Shown here piece after piece: positions 51,765 through 64,000 of a stretch of DNA of 64,000 bases. A model generated the notes under the pieces. That model was not told the origin of the DNA. It saw only the letters and a list, made by a program, of their open reading frames with translations, and made no database searches. The position numbers and the translations under genes are program-made. Source of the stretch: Octopus vulgaris (Eukaryota); contig OX597814.1 of assembly GCA_951406725.2 (NCBI GenBank), forward strand, positions 79,236,001-79,300,000. Direction: 5' to 3'. Positions within the stretch are counted from its first letter, which is position 1; every line of letters starts with the position of its first letter.

Positions 51765-54038
51765 ATATTACTAGCACTGTAAATGTATCCCCATAACAAG
51801 AAACTCCCGACTGCAAACTTTTTTTAATGAAACGGTGCATTACTTTTTGGTTATTCGATCTTCGTTCACAATACATTTGTATAATATATTTTCCTCAATA
51901 CCTAGGCATTTGTAGCACTCATTTTGTATAGTAGTAAAGATAGAGAGTTCATAATGCTAATGTTTTTCTTTTGGAAGATAGTTGTATCGTGTTCAACTAC
52001 AACGTACCAACCTTTTGTTGTGACTTAATTATATTCTGATATCTAAAAATGTGATTAAATCTTGCTCTTTCGAAGCATTTTGCATATTTTCAATGTAGAA
52101 TTTTTAAGACGGTCCATAAAAAAATGTCTACTTCCATATTTACTTCTGCTGTAGACCCTAACATATGACTATTGGGTGGTTGCAAAAAATATACTGGGTT
52201 TTCAACCAAACTTAATAGAATCATACGGACTGTTTCTTTAAAATATTTCTTTCGTGCGATTTTCAAAATTAGGTGATCATCGTGCTTTCAGTTACATGAG
52301 TGAGAAGGAATAACCAGCTCTTTGTGAGTCTTTTAATGGTGGTAAACCAAAGCAGCAAATGCCTTACTTTTCTCAAGAGTAATGACTCCAGCAACCATAA
52401 ATGGTGAATAAAGCCTTTGCAATCAAACCACATTAAAATAAGTTAATTTCTTTAATTTTACGTTGGACAGCACATTATTATTATTTAGTTTTTCTGTAAC
52501 TACTCACATTCCTCTCTTTGCGCCTACTTGGTTGAATTGTAATAATATCGGGGAATAGGTTTCAACAGTTTGTATAATATTTAAGCAAGAAATAACTCTA
52601 CATTTAACTAAGTCGCCGATTTCATTTTTGACTATAAGACATATCTATGATATAGTAAGTTGGCACTTTAGCCTTCCACAGTTCATTTTAAACATATACG
52701 TGTGTAGTGTTTTGAGGAACGGTAACAATTAGTCCTGGGGGCGATTTAATCGTCCCTCTTCCAAAATTTCAGCCCTCGTGCCTATAGTAGAAAGGATCAT
52801 TAATACTCTCATGCGGGCAGTGGATTGACAGAATCGTTAGAGCGTTGAAAAAATATTTTGCGATATTTTTTCCGTCACTTTATGCTCTGAGTTCAAATCC
52901 GCTGAGACGAAAGTTACCTTTCATCTTTTCGGGGTAAAGAGAATAATATGCCGGTCTATGATAAGCATACTGGAGTCTATGTAATCGACTAACACCCTTT
53001 AAGCCTGTCTATATCAGAAACAATTATTAGGACACTCGTGTCACCGAAGACTGGTTCTTTTGATAAGTTTATGGCCACATTTCTGGTAATAACATCTCTA
53101 ATTTCCCTCCAAGCTTTCCAGTGAAGTGCTGTTAAATCTTGTAGAGTGTAAAAAAAATTCCTTTCTGATTTTTTTCTTTCACCACGTGGAGCAGTTGCTG
53201 TGAATGAGACATAACAACATATGGAAATTGTATTTGCAGTGTAATTTAGTTATGGGCAAATAATTTGTTGTTGTTTTTGTCGTTATTGTTTTTTCTTCTG
53301 TTTTCGTTGAATAGCCCCGTTCAAGCAGAACTTTTATACAAACAGGCTGCTAATTAAACACATAACTACAACCGTCCTCATGGCTGTTGCAAACCGGATA
53401 TGTCTCATATTAGTTTGTTATGGGGCTGTGAAATGCAGTCCAATATAATGGCTGTCTGTCGTAGATCACAGAATGACAAATGCATATACATATCCCAAAT
53501 ATGGCTGACAAATATAGCGATATACTCAGTCTAGATAATACAATACTTTTCACATCTAATAAATTAACTCCGCCTTTTTTCCTTCTAGGCTATGGTCATT
53601 ATTAAAGCCTATTTTTAATAATCTAGTCAGAATCGGCAAAGTAGAGGCAATATGCCCTCTATATACATGATTATTTCAATTACTTTGTGAAGCAAATATT
53701 GTGAGTGACGCTTATCTTATCAAGATCATAACGATTAATTTCACTAACAGTTCTGTTCCATTATCTAAAGTGTTAAGTACATGAGGTTTTTATCCTCCCT
53801 TCGATGTGACATTTGTCATAGGTAGCTTTTCCCGTCGGTAGATTTGAATACAATACACCAAGCCAACGAACTACAATGTTTCTGCTGCTTATAGCGGTGA
53901 ACTATTCTTAGGGGTGGTTAGACTTGGTCGTTAGAAGAGCTTCTTAAACTCGAGACATGACGTAACGCGGATGACAAGACACCATCCCTCGAACCTTAGG
54001 CGTGATGTACGACCGGTAATCACACACGCGCGCGCGCA

Positions 54039-54039
<1 letters not shown>

Positions 54040-54130
<91 letters not shown>
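54040..54130. repeat. (TATC)n microsatellite
   Basis: Seen directly. Confidence 0.98.
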
Positions 54131-54131
<1 letters not shown>

Positions 54132-54202
54132 GTGTGCGTGTATGATCCATATATACACATACGTACAATAAATACATAAGCAGAAACCGGAAGCTGCATC
54201 GC

Positions 54203-54243
54203 ACATCAAGACGTTTACATCAAGACGTTTACATCAAGACGTT
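54203..54243. repeat. 14-bp tandem repeat x3 (acatcaagacgttt)
   Basis: Seen directly. Confidence 0.95.
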
Positions 54244-55950
54244 CGATACTATATTGCATTCACTGGTGTTTGGTTAGGACCAATATGTTGTTAACGCATG
54301 AAGCTAATATGTTTGTTAACTCTCAAATTTAGAGGTTGACAACGATGGTGAAAAACAAAACAAAACAAAGCAAAACAATCAAAACTTAAGATAATAAAAA
54401 ATTATGTATCAGCAGAAATATATAATGGGAAACCCGTTTGATTTTATGATAATAGAACTAACGAACAGAATCAGAAAATGAAGCTGTTGTCAAGGAATTA
54501 AAAAAAAACCCAGAAAGTGTTGGATACACTATCACTGGTTAGTGGAGGTAAAGCTTTACCTAAAAAGCATTCCCATGATTCATAGCGATTATAAAAAATC
54601 AAGCCTTGTGAAGTTTCATACTATCTGGAATCAGGAATATGTTAGATGAGTGCTAATCGTAATTGGAGCCACTCCGTTTTCGTTTGAAGTCGATTTGTTA
54701 TATCATAGATACCAAGATAGAGAGTACTGACAGCATATGCAGAGGATCATTTTTCATTTGACATTCAAGTCTCTGTGCAAATAAATAAATAGATAAATAA
54801 ATAAATAATTTGACAAATATAAGTAAATATCGATTTGCATGAATGTAAACACCTCGCGTTGTTTCTGATAGATGTTTATCACGGTGAATAGAATTTTTCA
54901 CATTGATATCATCTTTCACTCTCTCTCCTTCTCGCACACGCATACGCTCACACATACTCACAGTTACTCATACACATACACCCACACACACATACATGGA
55001 TAATAAACAGATCATAATTGGTCATATCCGTCCATTCATTTATCAATTAGAATTGCAAATGTGGCAGTTTTTATGAATGTGTAATACCAAATTGGGGATT
55101 TGATCTTATCGGGTCGTTTCTTCTGTATTTTTCGTTGCTACATAAACGGACAAAGTTTATTTGACATGAAGATTTACACAAGCTTGTCAGTCTCAATCAT
55201 GTATTCTAGTTATAATTTTTTTTTCATGCTTTTAGGCTTTTATGGTTAGTCCAAAATGTCCTTAATTATGGAGTTTTAACCAGATATGGCAATTAGTAAT
55301 GGAACCTTACTAAAATTACAATTTTCTTATGTGTCAATGTATCAGATAAATAAGCATGCAAAGCAGCTCCTTAACTTTTTAAAAATCTAAACATCTAAAC
55401 ATAGCTGTTCAAACTCCCTTAAATCACAAAATAATAAAGAAATATATAAATAAAAATGATTCTAGCTAAACTAAATCTGAAAACGATGCATTTGATCTTA
55501 CATCTACTTGATTGGGACTAACAACAGCGATAATAATCTTTGCTAATATATATAGCATGACTATTATCACCATTAGACATTTTTCTTTGCAAATTTTTGC
55601 TTAAATTCATATGCCCTTTCTGAATACTTCTATAAAATTGACATCCAACCTCGAAAACCCATTACCGAATTCTTTCTTAACAACTGCCATTAATAACAGC
55701 TTGTTGGTTTGGAATATATAAAATCTACAAGTCAACATTTTTATTTAACAAAACCCACCTTTTAGTTATTAACCATGTATATATAACACATCGTTGTCAC
55801 TTTCAGCATCTCTGGTAACATACGATTTCTTTTTTAGTATATTTTGCCAGAGTACCTCATACGAAGCGGAATGTTCTGTGTCTTTCGTCTTTTCTTTGTA
55901 TAAGGATTTTACATTAATCCTGGGTTTTATCATCGACAGTTAATGGAGCA

Positions 55951-56068
55951 AGTGAAGGCGTATGGCTCAGTGGTTGGCGGGTATTCGGCTGGCGACCATT
56001 AGCTTGAGTTCGATTCTCGATGGCGTGTTCTGCTCTTGAGCAAAACACTTTATTTCACGTCGCTCCCC
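55951..56068 (+). mobile_element. SINE family D-like head
   Basis: gtgaaggcgtatggctcagtggtt...gagttcgattc...cttgagcaaaacacttt. Confidence 0.75.
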
Positions 56069-56089
56069 AGCTTGCAATTTTATCGGATG

Positions 56090-56172
56090 CAGCTGTTTCT
56101 AAGAGGCGACTTCCGAGTTGCATTCCCTCGCAGTCGGTACACTGTATATTCATTATGGTAGTTTTGACTTTG
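56090..56172. mobile_element. Solo fragment of the Kolobok-like MITE TIR
   Basis: gagttgcattccctcgcagtcggtacactgtat...ttatggtagttttgacttt is nearly identical to 58272-58326. Confidence 0.85.
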
Positions 56173-57772
56173 CCCGTCTTGTGGATTAGCACGAGTGCCT
56201 GTCGACATTCCTTTTGCCATTCTGTCAAATTACGTCTTTTAATAAAAGCGGGTTTGAATCTCTCCAAAGAGGATGGTCGCAGAAAGAATTCCTCCGCCAG
56301 CGTAGTGCACACCTTGTCACCCTCAGCCTCAACGCATGTCTGCACATCATTAGCCAGAGTATCCCAAACCCACCCTTTAACGGTTCCTGGCAGTAGACGT
56401 AGTGCCTCACAAGTGGCTTTCCTCCTTTCTACAATAAGCGGAAGAAGCGCTCCAACTTGTTTAGCCACGAGTCGGGTCAAGGGCCAACGGTTAGGTGGTA
56501 GGTGATTACAGATGCAATAAACATCTGTACCACCCCCGCCCTTCCTTTCAGGGACTGAGCCCGTCTGGACCAAGTCCGGACTAGGACCTCCACCCTGTTC
56601 CCAGTTTGTGTAGACGCCTGCCAGCAGGTCTCCGAACAAGTCCGGCATACTACGATAAATCTCATTGGGTAGACCATCCAGCCCCACCTCTTTGACCTTC
56701 GCAGGTGTAATCAGTCCTTCACAGCATTCCGCCTCACGTGCCGAGAGTCGCGGCCCACCGGCGAGGAAGCCCTTTAGGGACTCCCAACGCTCGAGCGCGT
56801 GCTCTGCCCAAACAACCAGGCAAAATGCTGGTGAAAGGCCTTTTGCATCTTTTTCTGTCCATAGATCTTGCGCCCCTGTTCGTCAGTTAAATACTTTATA
56901 GAGGCTTTTTTGCCTCTCTAACACTCCACACGACGGACCCATCCGGCAACATTAATACCTTCTCGGCCCACTGCACATATTTTAGCTCTAACTCTGCAGC
57001 CTTCGTCTAAATTCTGAACTAGTTCCCTTTCTATTCTAGATCTGTCTAAACTTAGCTGATTGCTAAATCTAATAGACTCTAAAAGAATCGCTCTCTTGAG
57101 AGCGTGCCACCATCTGTTATTAATGATGGCACCACATGGTGCCATCTGTACTAAATCCTTAATCCGGGCACGGAAGGCTTCACAAGCCAAAATAGACCTG
57201 TTCATTTCCCAGTGCCCGGGTCCTTGTCTATGACATTTATCTATATGCACTTCACACATCACAAATTTGTGATCCGTGTAAGGTACAATACAAATTGTGG
57301 ACAACTAAAAGTATTCTTATCTTTTTCTCTAACGAATACTCTGTCTATATAAGATCTGTGTGAGCCGTCGTTATTACTCCACGTCCACTGTGAAACGCTT
57401 GGCTCATCCAGTCTGTAACGGTCTACTAGATTATAGCTCTCTAGTAGACCCTTGAGGCCAGGATTTCCCCTGCTATCAGTCGAGCCAACACTATCCATCC
57501 GTGAATCGAGGATAGTGTTAAGTCTCCTAACAGAACTACCGTTTTTGACGTTACTAGAAAGTGGTCTAGGTCTACACTCCCTAGGATCATAGGCAACTAC
57601 CAACCTGAAGGACTGTTTACTCTCGTGGGTCACATCTACGACGACCAGCCTACTTTCTGGGTCCAGAAAGACTGTACTTACCTGCAAGTCCAAGGTCCCC
57701 CTGAGTAGGACCACCACGCCCCCTCCTCCTTGCCGGTTAGGAGAAATAAATTTCTCATAGCCATTTAGAAAT
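56173..57772 (-). mobile_element. Tx1/L1-like LINE ORF2 remnant (APE endonuclease, start of RT, post-RT), internally deleted
   Basis: GGGVVVLL...ESRLVVVDV..SFRLVVAY, LNTILD..D, WTWSN...SYIDRVFV, YTDHKFV...GPGHWEMNRSIL (APE domain). GLDGLPNEIY (RT start). PLKGGFGILWLMMCRHALRLR. Confidence 0.9.
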
Positions 57773-57774
57773 AA

Positions 57775-58369
57775 ACATAAATGCCTCACGCTATGAGGGA
57801 CTCTTAAAGTCAAAAATACCATTATAAACACAGTGTACCGAACGCGAGAGAATGCAACTCTAGAAGCAAGCTCCTTAAAAACAGATTTAGCCGCATATCA
57901 TATGATTTCATATAATATGAGGTTTTTCACGCTGACTATTTGAGGTTTTTCACGCTGATTATTTGATAAATTCTTATAAAGATTTTATCCTATTTTAAAT
58001 TTAACCGGAATATATTCAATGTTGAATTATTCTGAATATACACGTGTACCGAGATGTAATTTGAAATGCCCGCTTCTTACATAGATATATAAGTGTGAAG
58101 ATTTCTATGTGCCATGTTGGAAACATTTGGTGTTCGTCTGGTATGTTGATTTTTGTTCATTTTTATGTGTCTTGATTATGCCTGCACTGACGATTAAAAA
58201 GTGCATTTTGTGCACTAATTATGAAATCATATGATATGCGACTGAATCTGTTTTTAAGGAGTTCGCTTCTAGAGTTGCATTCCCTCGCGTTCGGTACACT
58301 GTATTTATTATGGTAGTTTTGACTTTAATAGTCCCTCATAGTGCGAGGCATTTATGTGTATCAATGCCC
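57775..58369. mobile_element. MITE with about 140-bp TIRs, Kolobok-like (left tip missing)
   Basis: 57775-57912 is the reverse complement of about 58220-58358. The right end ...atgccc is followed by TTAA (58370-58373), the RR..YY/TTAA pattern of Kolobok rather than the GGG|TTAA of piggyBac. Confidence 0.75.
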
Positions 58370-58371
58370 TT

Positions 58372-58427
<56 letters not shown>

Positions 58428-58670
58428 GACCAAAACAATTTGATTCAAAGTCGTTGGTACACTGAGTTTCAAGTGTGATTTTAATCTTCATCGATCTTCG
58501 TGTAGGAAGTTAGTAAGCTTCAAATTCCCGGTGGCTGAAGATTAACATCACACTTGAAACTCCGAATTTGAATCGAACTGTTATGATCCATGTAACTCCC
58601 AATAAATATGTGGAGTGCCCTTCTTTCGTTTGTCCACCCACTCATATATGCATGTGTGTGTGTGTGTGTG

Positions 58671-58722
<52 letters not shown>

Positions 58723-58774
58723 TTACACAGTAGTACCTCGGTTTTCGAACAACTCTGATTGCAAATACACCGTG

Positions 58775-58837
<63 letters not shown>

Positions 58838-59119
58838 AAGCACGATTTTACAGTTCTATCTATATCAAACATCAGTTAGATTGTGGACATGGTTTCTTTG
58901 TAGTTAGACGTGATTTTACAGCAGTCAAAAAACAAAAAAAAAAGAAAGAAAAAGAAATAAGAAAGCACCACTGACACTGAGTTAAATGACGTGATATCAA
59001 ATAATATCAAAATATGTCAGAATAATAAAACAGACAATATGAATTTTGTCGCTGGTTTGTGTTCTAATGTTTATCTATTATTGACATATGTCAAGACAAA
59101 AAAGGCGTGTATTACTTAT

Positions 59120-59445
59120 CTTTTATCTTTTAACTTTTGTTTCAGTCACTGGACTGTGGTCATGCTGGGGCACCACCTTGAAAGTTATTTTTTTAGTCGA
59201 ACAAATCAACCCCAATACTTAATCTGTTAAAGTCTGGTACTTTTTCCATCGGTCTATTTTGTCGAACTGCTATGTTACGGGAATGTAAACAGACTAACAT
59301 TAGTGTGGCGGTCGTGTCAAACACAGACACACACACATATATATTCAACGGGTTTCCACACAGTTTCTGTCTACCAAATTTACTTAGAAAGTGTTGGTCG
59401 GCCAGAGACGAAAGTAGAAGTTACTTACCTAAGGTGCCGCGAGGT
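59120..59445 (-). mobile_element. SINE family A (old, headless)
   Basis: tttcagtcactggactgtggtcatgctggggcac...cagtttctgtctaccaaattt. Confidence 0.8.
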
Positions 59446-60276
59446 TGTCTAAATTAACAATAGATAAATAAAAATAAAGCGAAAACAAAGAAACCTACAA
59501 ATCAGGCTAATCTTCAGTGTAAGTTGTGTTGGGAATAAAATTGATTCCAACATATTACTAATACTGTTTTTTTAAATCACTCATGAAAAAGATGAAAATT
59601 AAATCACGTTTAAATGGAATTGAACTCGGGACTAAAAGTAACGAGACTAAATGTCATAACACATTCAATTGGATGGCTTACTATTTTCATTGTCTTTATT
59701 ATTTATTTTAAAAATTATTCCATAGCAGACATGTCTTCATCCTTGTCAGTCATTACAAAGTAGGTGAAGTATTAAAGACGCTCTAGTCTTGACTGTTTAG
59801 TGTTTTTTCTTTCTGGGTTCAAAGGTATTGTCAAAGGAGATACGGTAGGATTTAGGCGAATTTTAGCTGCTATTTCCAGCATGTCGAACGACCATATAGT
59901 TCTCCTTCACTGGTTTAATTGTAGGTGTTCATAGTTACAATAATGGTATACGTGTATTTTTTTTATGATGACGATTATAATGGCATTATGAAACACAGCA
60001 AGTTAGAGACAACAGTTGTCATGTATAGAACCTAAGCAGTTTCTCAAGTTGTATTCAAAAAGGTTCTCTGATATCAGGGGTCTCAACAAATGGAGTACCG
60101 AAGTGTTCATTAGAGAGCACAGGCCTTCTAAAAAATGTTTCAAATTTAATGTATTTGTGAATTATTTAGAAAGCCTTTTGTGTCCAGAGATGGAAATGGG
60201 CCAGAGTTAAACGGTGATAGATTTATACGTAAAATATATAATATTCATATGGGCTATGGGTAAATGCAAAACTATT

Positions 60277-60450
60277 GGTTTCAAATTTTGGCACAAGACC
60301 AGCTCAACTGGTACTTCTTTTATCAATCTCAAAAGGATGAAAGGCAATGTCGACTTTAGTCGGATTTGAGCTCAGAAAAAGTAAAGACGGACGAAATGCC
60401 GTTGAGCACTTTACTTATCGGGCTAATGATTCAGCTAACTCGTCGCCTGA
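60277..60450 (-). mobile_element. SINE family B (deleted)
   Basis: ggtttcaaattttggcacaag...aaaggatgaaaggcaatgtcgac. Confidence 0.82.
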
Positions 60451-60739
60451 GTAAGCGCAAAAAAATTTTAAGTAGGCTATTACAAAAACTAACTGCTGAT
60501 CCCTTGCAGTAGAACGGCAAGAAAGCGAAGATAACCTCTACCTGATCACTTGATGTATTAGAAATAGCAGTTAAATCCGTGCAAAATTAAAATCCAGTCG
60601 TAATCAAAGAAAGGTACAATGCAAAGTAAAGTAGTCCAAGATTTCGTTCGTTCATTATTTTTGGCAAGTACATCAGGCTTGAAAGTCTTCTGGCATTCTT
60701 TCTTGTCGACTGACATTGTAAATAATCTCCTGAAATATT

Positions 60740-61085
60740 TTATTTTTGTTTCAGTCATTAGACTCAGGCCATGCTGGGGCACTGCTTCGAAGAACCTTTT
60801 AGTCAATTGAATCGAGCCCAGTACTTATTTTTTTAAAGTCTGGTACTTATTCTATCGAAACTTTTGGCGAACCGCTCAGTTACAAGGACGTAAACTCACC
60901 AAAACCTGTTGTCAAGCGGTGGTAGAGGACAAACACAAACCCAAAGACACACACTCACATACACACACTCACATACACACACACACACATACACGACAGG
61001 CTTTTTTCAGTTTCCATCTACCAAATCCACTCACAAGGTTTTGGTTAGCCCAAGGCTATAGCAGAAGACACTTGCCCAAGGTCTG
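60740..61085 (-). mobile_element. SINE family A (headless)
   Basis: tttcagtcattagactcaggccatgctggggcac...(CA)n...agaagacacttgcccaagg. Confidence 0.85.
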
Positions 61086-62846
61086 CCTTTTCTTTTTTGT
61101 TGTTTTTTTTGACAGAATGTAGGATTTGAACCCCGAATTAAACAGAACCGAAACGGATAACATGGGGTATCTCGTTCGATGTTGCAATACGCTAATATCT
61201 AGCTAACCAACCATCCCTTGATTTGTACATTGTTGACACTGAAAAGCTGAAAGCCAAATTTCTCCAAGAGAGGATTCGAACTTTGCACACAGAGAGCCGG
61301 AACAAATACCACAATGCATTCTCTCCGATGATCTACCGTTTATATCAATTCGACGCCTAGATTTACAAGGAAAAAATGCAATGGCCTTAGTCGTAATGCA
61401 TTTGCTCAAATGTTTAGTAAGTCAAAGTTACCATGAGGCTAAACAAGAACACCACCACCACCACCACCACCACCACCACTACCAACAACAACAACAACAT
61501 CAACAACAACAGGTAGTGCCTGTGCCAGGTTTCGTCAGAATTATCTGGTGATTTACTCAAGACAGCTTAAGGTTAAGACAGACTCGACATCTATTGTAGC
61601 ATATAACCGAAAAGATCTTGCGCAGTATTTAGCCTCTAACCCTGTTACCCATATAAAGAGTTACCAGGGTTCATCTTATTTCACTTATATTGTCGTTCCG
61701 CCTTTGACAAGTCTTGTTTATCATACAGAATATATAGTTGTCATTCTCATCGCCCGATAAGCATCGGTTTTTTGCTATTTTGTTGTTGTTCTTGTTTTTT
61801 TTTTGTTTTTGCTGAGCGATATAGTTCGCTATACGTAAAATATAGGACTAAGAGGTTATTTATGAATGATACATATAAATTATATGTTCTATCACAATGA
61901 GATTAGAGAAAAAGCTTTTAATGGGGATGGGGTTGCAGAAAACATCAAATATGTCCATATAGACGTGTAGAAATAAGAATTCTATAGATCTGCAGTTCCT
62001 AATAAAATTTAACTATGACGTGTTAATCAGTTAACCTACATAAGATGAAGAAGATCAAATGATATGAAATGGAAACTGAACGTCTAGATAAAAGCACCTC
62101 TTCAATAGTTTATCTCTGCTTGAAGTCAGGTTGGTTCTTGTATAGGAACAACGAACTGTGAGATAGTGTAGTAAAATCAATTACAACAGTAATTCTGGCT
62201 AATAAATGGAAGACTATTAAATATAATAAATGTGGTTATGTAGCTAAAAAGAAATAGGATTCGGGAGATAACGGGAAAATGAAATAATGTTGTGGTGAAG
62301 CTAAAACCACACTACCAAATTAAATTGCTGTATCTAAATCGAGACAGGTTTTAGCAGTAGATATATCGGAGAGGGAGAAAACAACTTTTGATAAACTAAC
62401 AGTTTCTCGGGACAATTTGAGCGAAGTGTCATAACAAGAAAGATAGATATGAAAAATTAGCTCCAGAAATTAGTGGAAAGCGGTCAGTTATCTTACAATG
62501 AAGTTGCGTATATCTGGAAAGCTGTTGATGCTGCTGCTGCTGCTATTGGTACTAATATTTCTTCTGCTTTTACAACAACTCTTGCTATTGTTATGCAGTT
62601 ATGGATAAAGATACCCTTGTCATGACCCATTCGTATTTTATTCAGACGTAGTTATCTAGAAACACATTATCCAATGTATCCGAAAATTTGGCTGCTATTT
62701 CCAGCATCCCGAAGAGACAGTACTGAAAATTCCTCGTTGATTCGTCTACTTCTGTTGTTAGCTGCTGCTTTGTTGTTTGTGCCTCAATATTATAATTATG
62801 GCCGTGACTGAAATCAAAGTACAAATGCTACTTAATTCTTGAATAT

Positions 62847-63030
62847 AGCTGGCAGATTCATTAGCCCGCCGGACAAAATGATGCGAGTTCAAAATCCGCT
62901 GAGGTCGTCTTTGTTTTCATCCTTTGTGGTCAATAAAATAAGTACCAACCAGTTGAGTACTGGGATCAATGTAATCGATTAGCCCCCTCCTCCGAAATTT
63001 CAGGTCTTGTACCTATAGTAGAAAAGATTA
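62847..63030 (+). mobile_element. SINE family B
   Basis: agctggcagattcattagcccgccggacaaaatg...taaaataagtacc...cctatagtagaaa. Confidence 0.8.
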
Positions 63031-64000
63031 CTTACCTGGGATATCAAAGCTTCAAATTTTAGATGAACATGTTTCCAATACTATTACGTCACATTTATGT
63101 CTGATAATTTGTCAGGGGCTGATATTATTGATACTCTTGTTGAAACTTAAACCTTTTCTCAAAAGAAATAATCTGGAATATTATTCATTATGGCCAACAC
63201 GATTTCTGCCTAGACTGCATATCAAAGAGCATATATGTATTATACTTGCAGAAATATCCGTCCTTATCTAGGTTTATTAAAAGTATCAGAAAAAGTCATA
63301 TAATCTATGAGCTTCTTGAGAAAATGTGGTTCTTATGCAACATTTCAGCAATGTAGCTGTAAAATTGCAGCCTACAACTTAGGACATACATATAGTTACT
63401 TTTATATGTTAAGATATTTCGTTGTGTCATCTATTAAACTCCTCTTTTAAACACCATGTGTTCAAATGGCAAAATCGTTAGAGAGTCGGACAAATATTTT
63501 GCCGTGTTTGTTCTGTCTCTTTGCATGCTGTAATCGACTTTGCATCATTTCATCCTTCCGATCTCAATAAGATACAAGTCAAGTGCTCGGTAGTTTTCTC
63601 TTTTCGTCATTTTCACTCTCCCAAAATCAGCTACGCTGTGCGAAAATCTCGAGGTACCAGGTACTATTTCCGCTTTCTTCAAGAAATGGAGAAGGTCGAG
63701 CGAGAAGTTAGCCTCTTTTGTTCTAACATAAGATAAAAGCCCCTCCAAAGAAACTAGAATACGTGGTAGACAAGAACAGACCTATGAGCACTTCGACACG
63801 AAACAGTAAAAAATGCTATACGAACAGAAATAACTGCCCAAACCCTTCTGAACTCAAACTACATTGTCAATAAACAAGGAAGGTCACATTGACAGTCATG
63901 TCATTGTTGTTGCTTAGGCTCAGATCAGTCCCGCTGGAGCAAGCCTATAACAAAGACCGTTCCAGATATGACTATCCAATCTTTTCTATTCAGATACATT

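Noticed and set aside
54203-54243. Short direct-repeat array, CRISPR-like at first glance
   Set aside because: 14-bp units with no spacers, in a eukaryotic context: a simple tandem duplication.
56020-56505. 161-aa plus-strand ORF
   Set aside because: Antisense read-through across a SINE head, a TIR fragment and Tx1 sequence.
57775-58373. piggyBac MITE
   Set aside because: The right end is CCC|TTAA, the reverse of the piggyBac GGG|TTAA. It fits Kolobok better.

Overview
AT-rich, microsatellite-saturated eukaryotic DNA. Its repeat content (tRNA-headed SINE families, Tx1/RTE LINEs, mariner/maT, Helitrons) looks like a coleoid cephalopod, most likely Octopus; this is an inference from recalled repeat families, not a database match. 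I find no convincing host protein-coding exon, so the window reads as intronic or intergenic. It is a nested transposon graveyard: a Merlin remnant cut by a DD37D maT element, a DD34D mariner, a near full-length decayed Helitron (Rep+Pif1) plus non-autonomous Helitrons, RTE-BovB, RTE-X, R4/Dong-like and Tx1-like LINE fragments, two kinds of Penelope-like (GIY-YIG) remnants, hAT/Merlin/Kolobok-type MITEs, many SINEs and a decayed initiator tRNA-Met. The most interesting item is a small non-coding element at two loci (32961-33195 and 48946-49322). It fuses a tRNA-like Pol III head to a Penelope-type minimal hammerhead ribozyme, and the second copy has a Penelope-style inverted 5' repeat, suggesting a SINE/retrozyme hybrid mobilised by Penelope-like elements. 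Other notable items: an RTE-X copy with a twin-priming-like 5' inversion, an RTE-BovB with three C-terminal zinc fingers inside an (ATGT)n tract, and two SINE dimers with the same junction. Boundaries of old repeats are approximate. SINE family letters (A, B, D) and repeat C are my own working labels.
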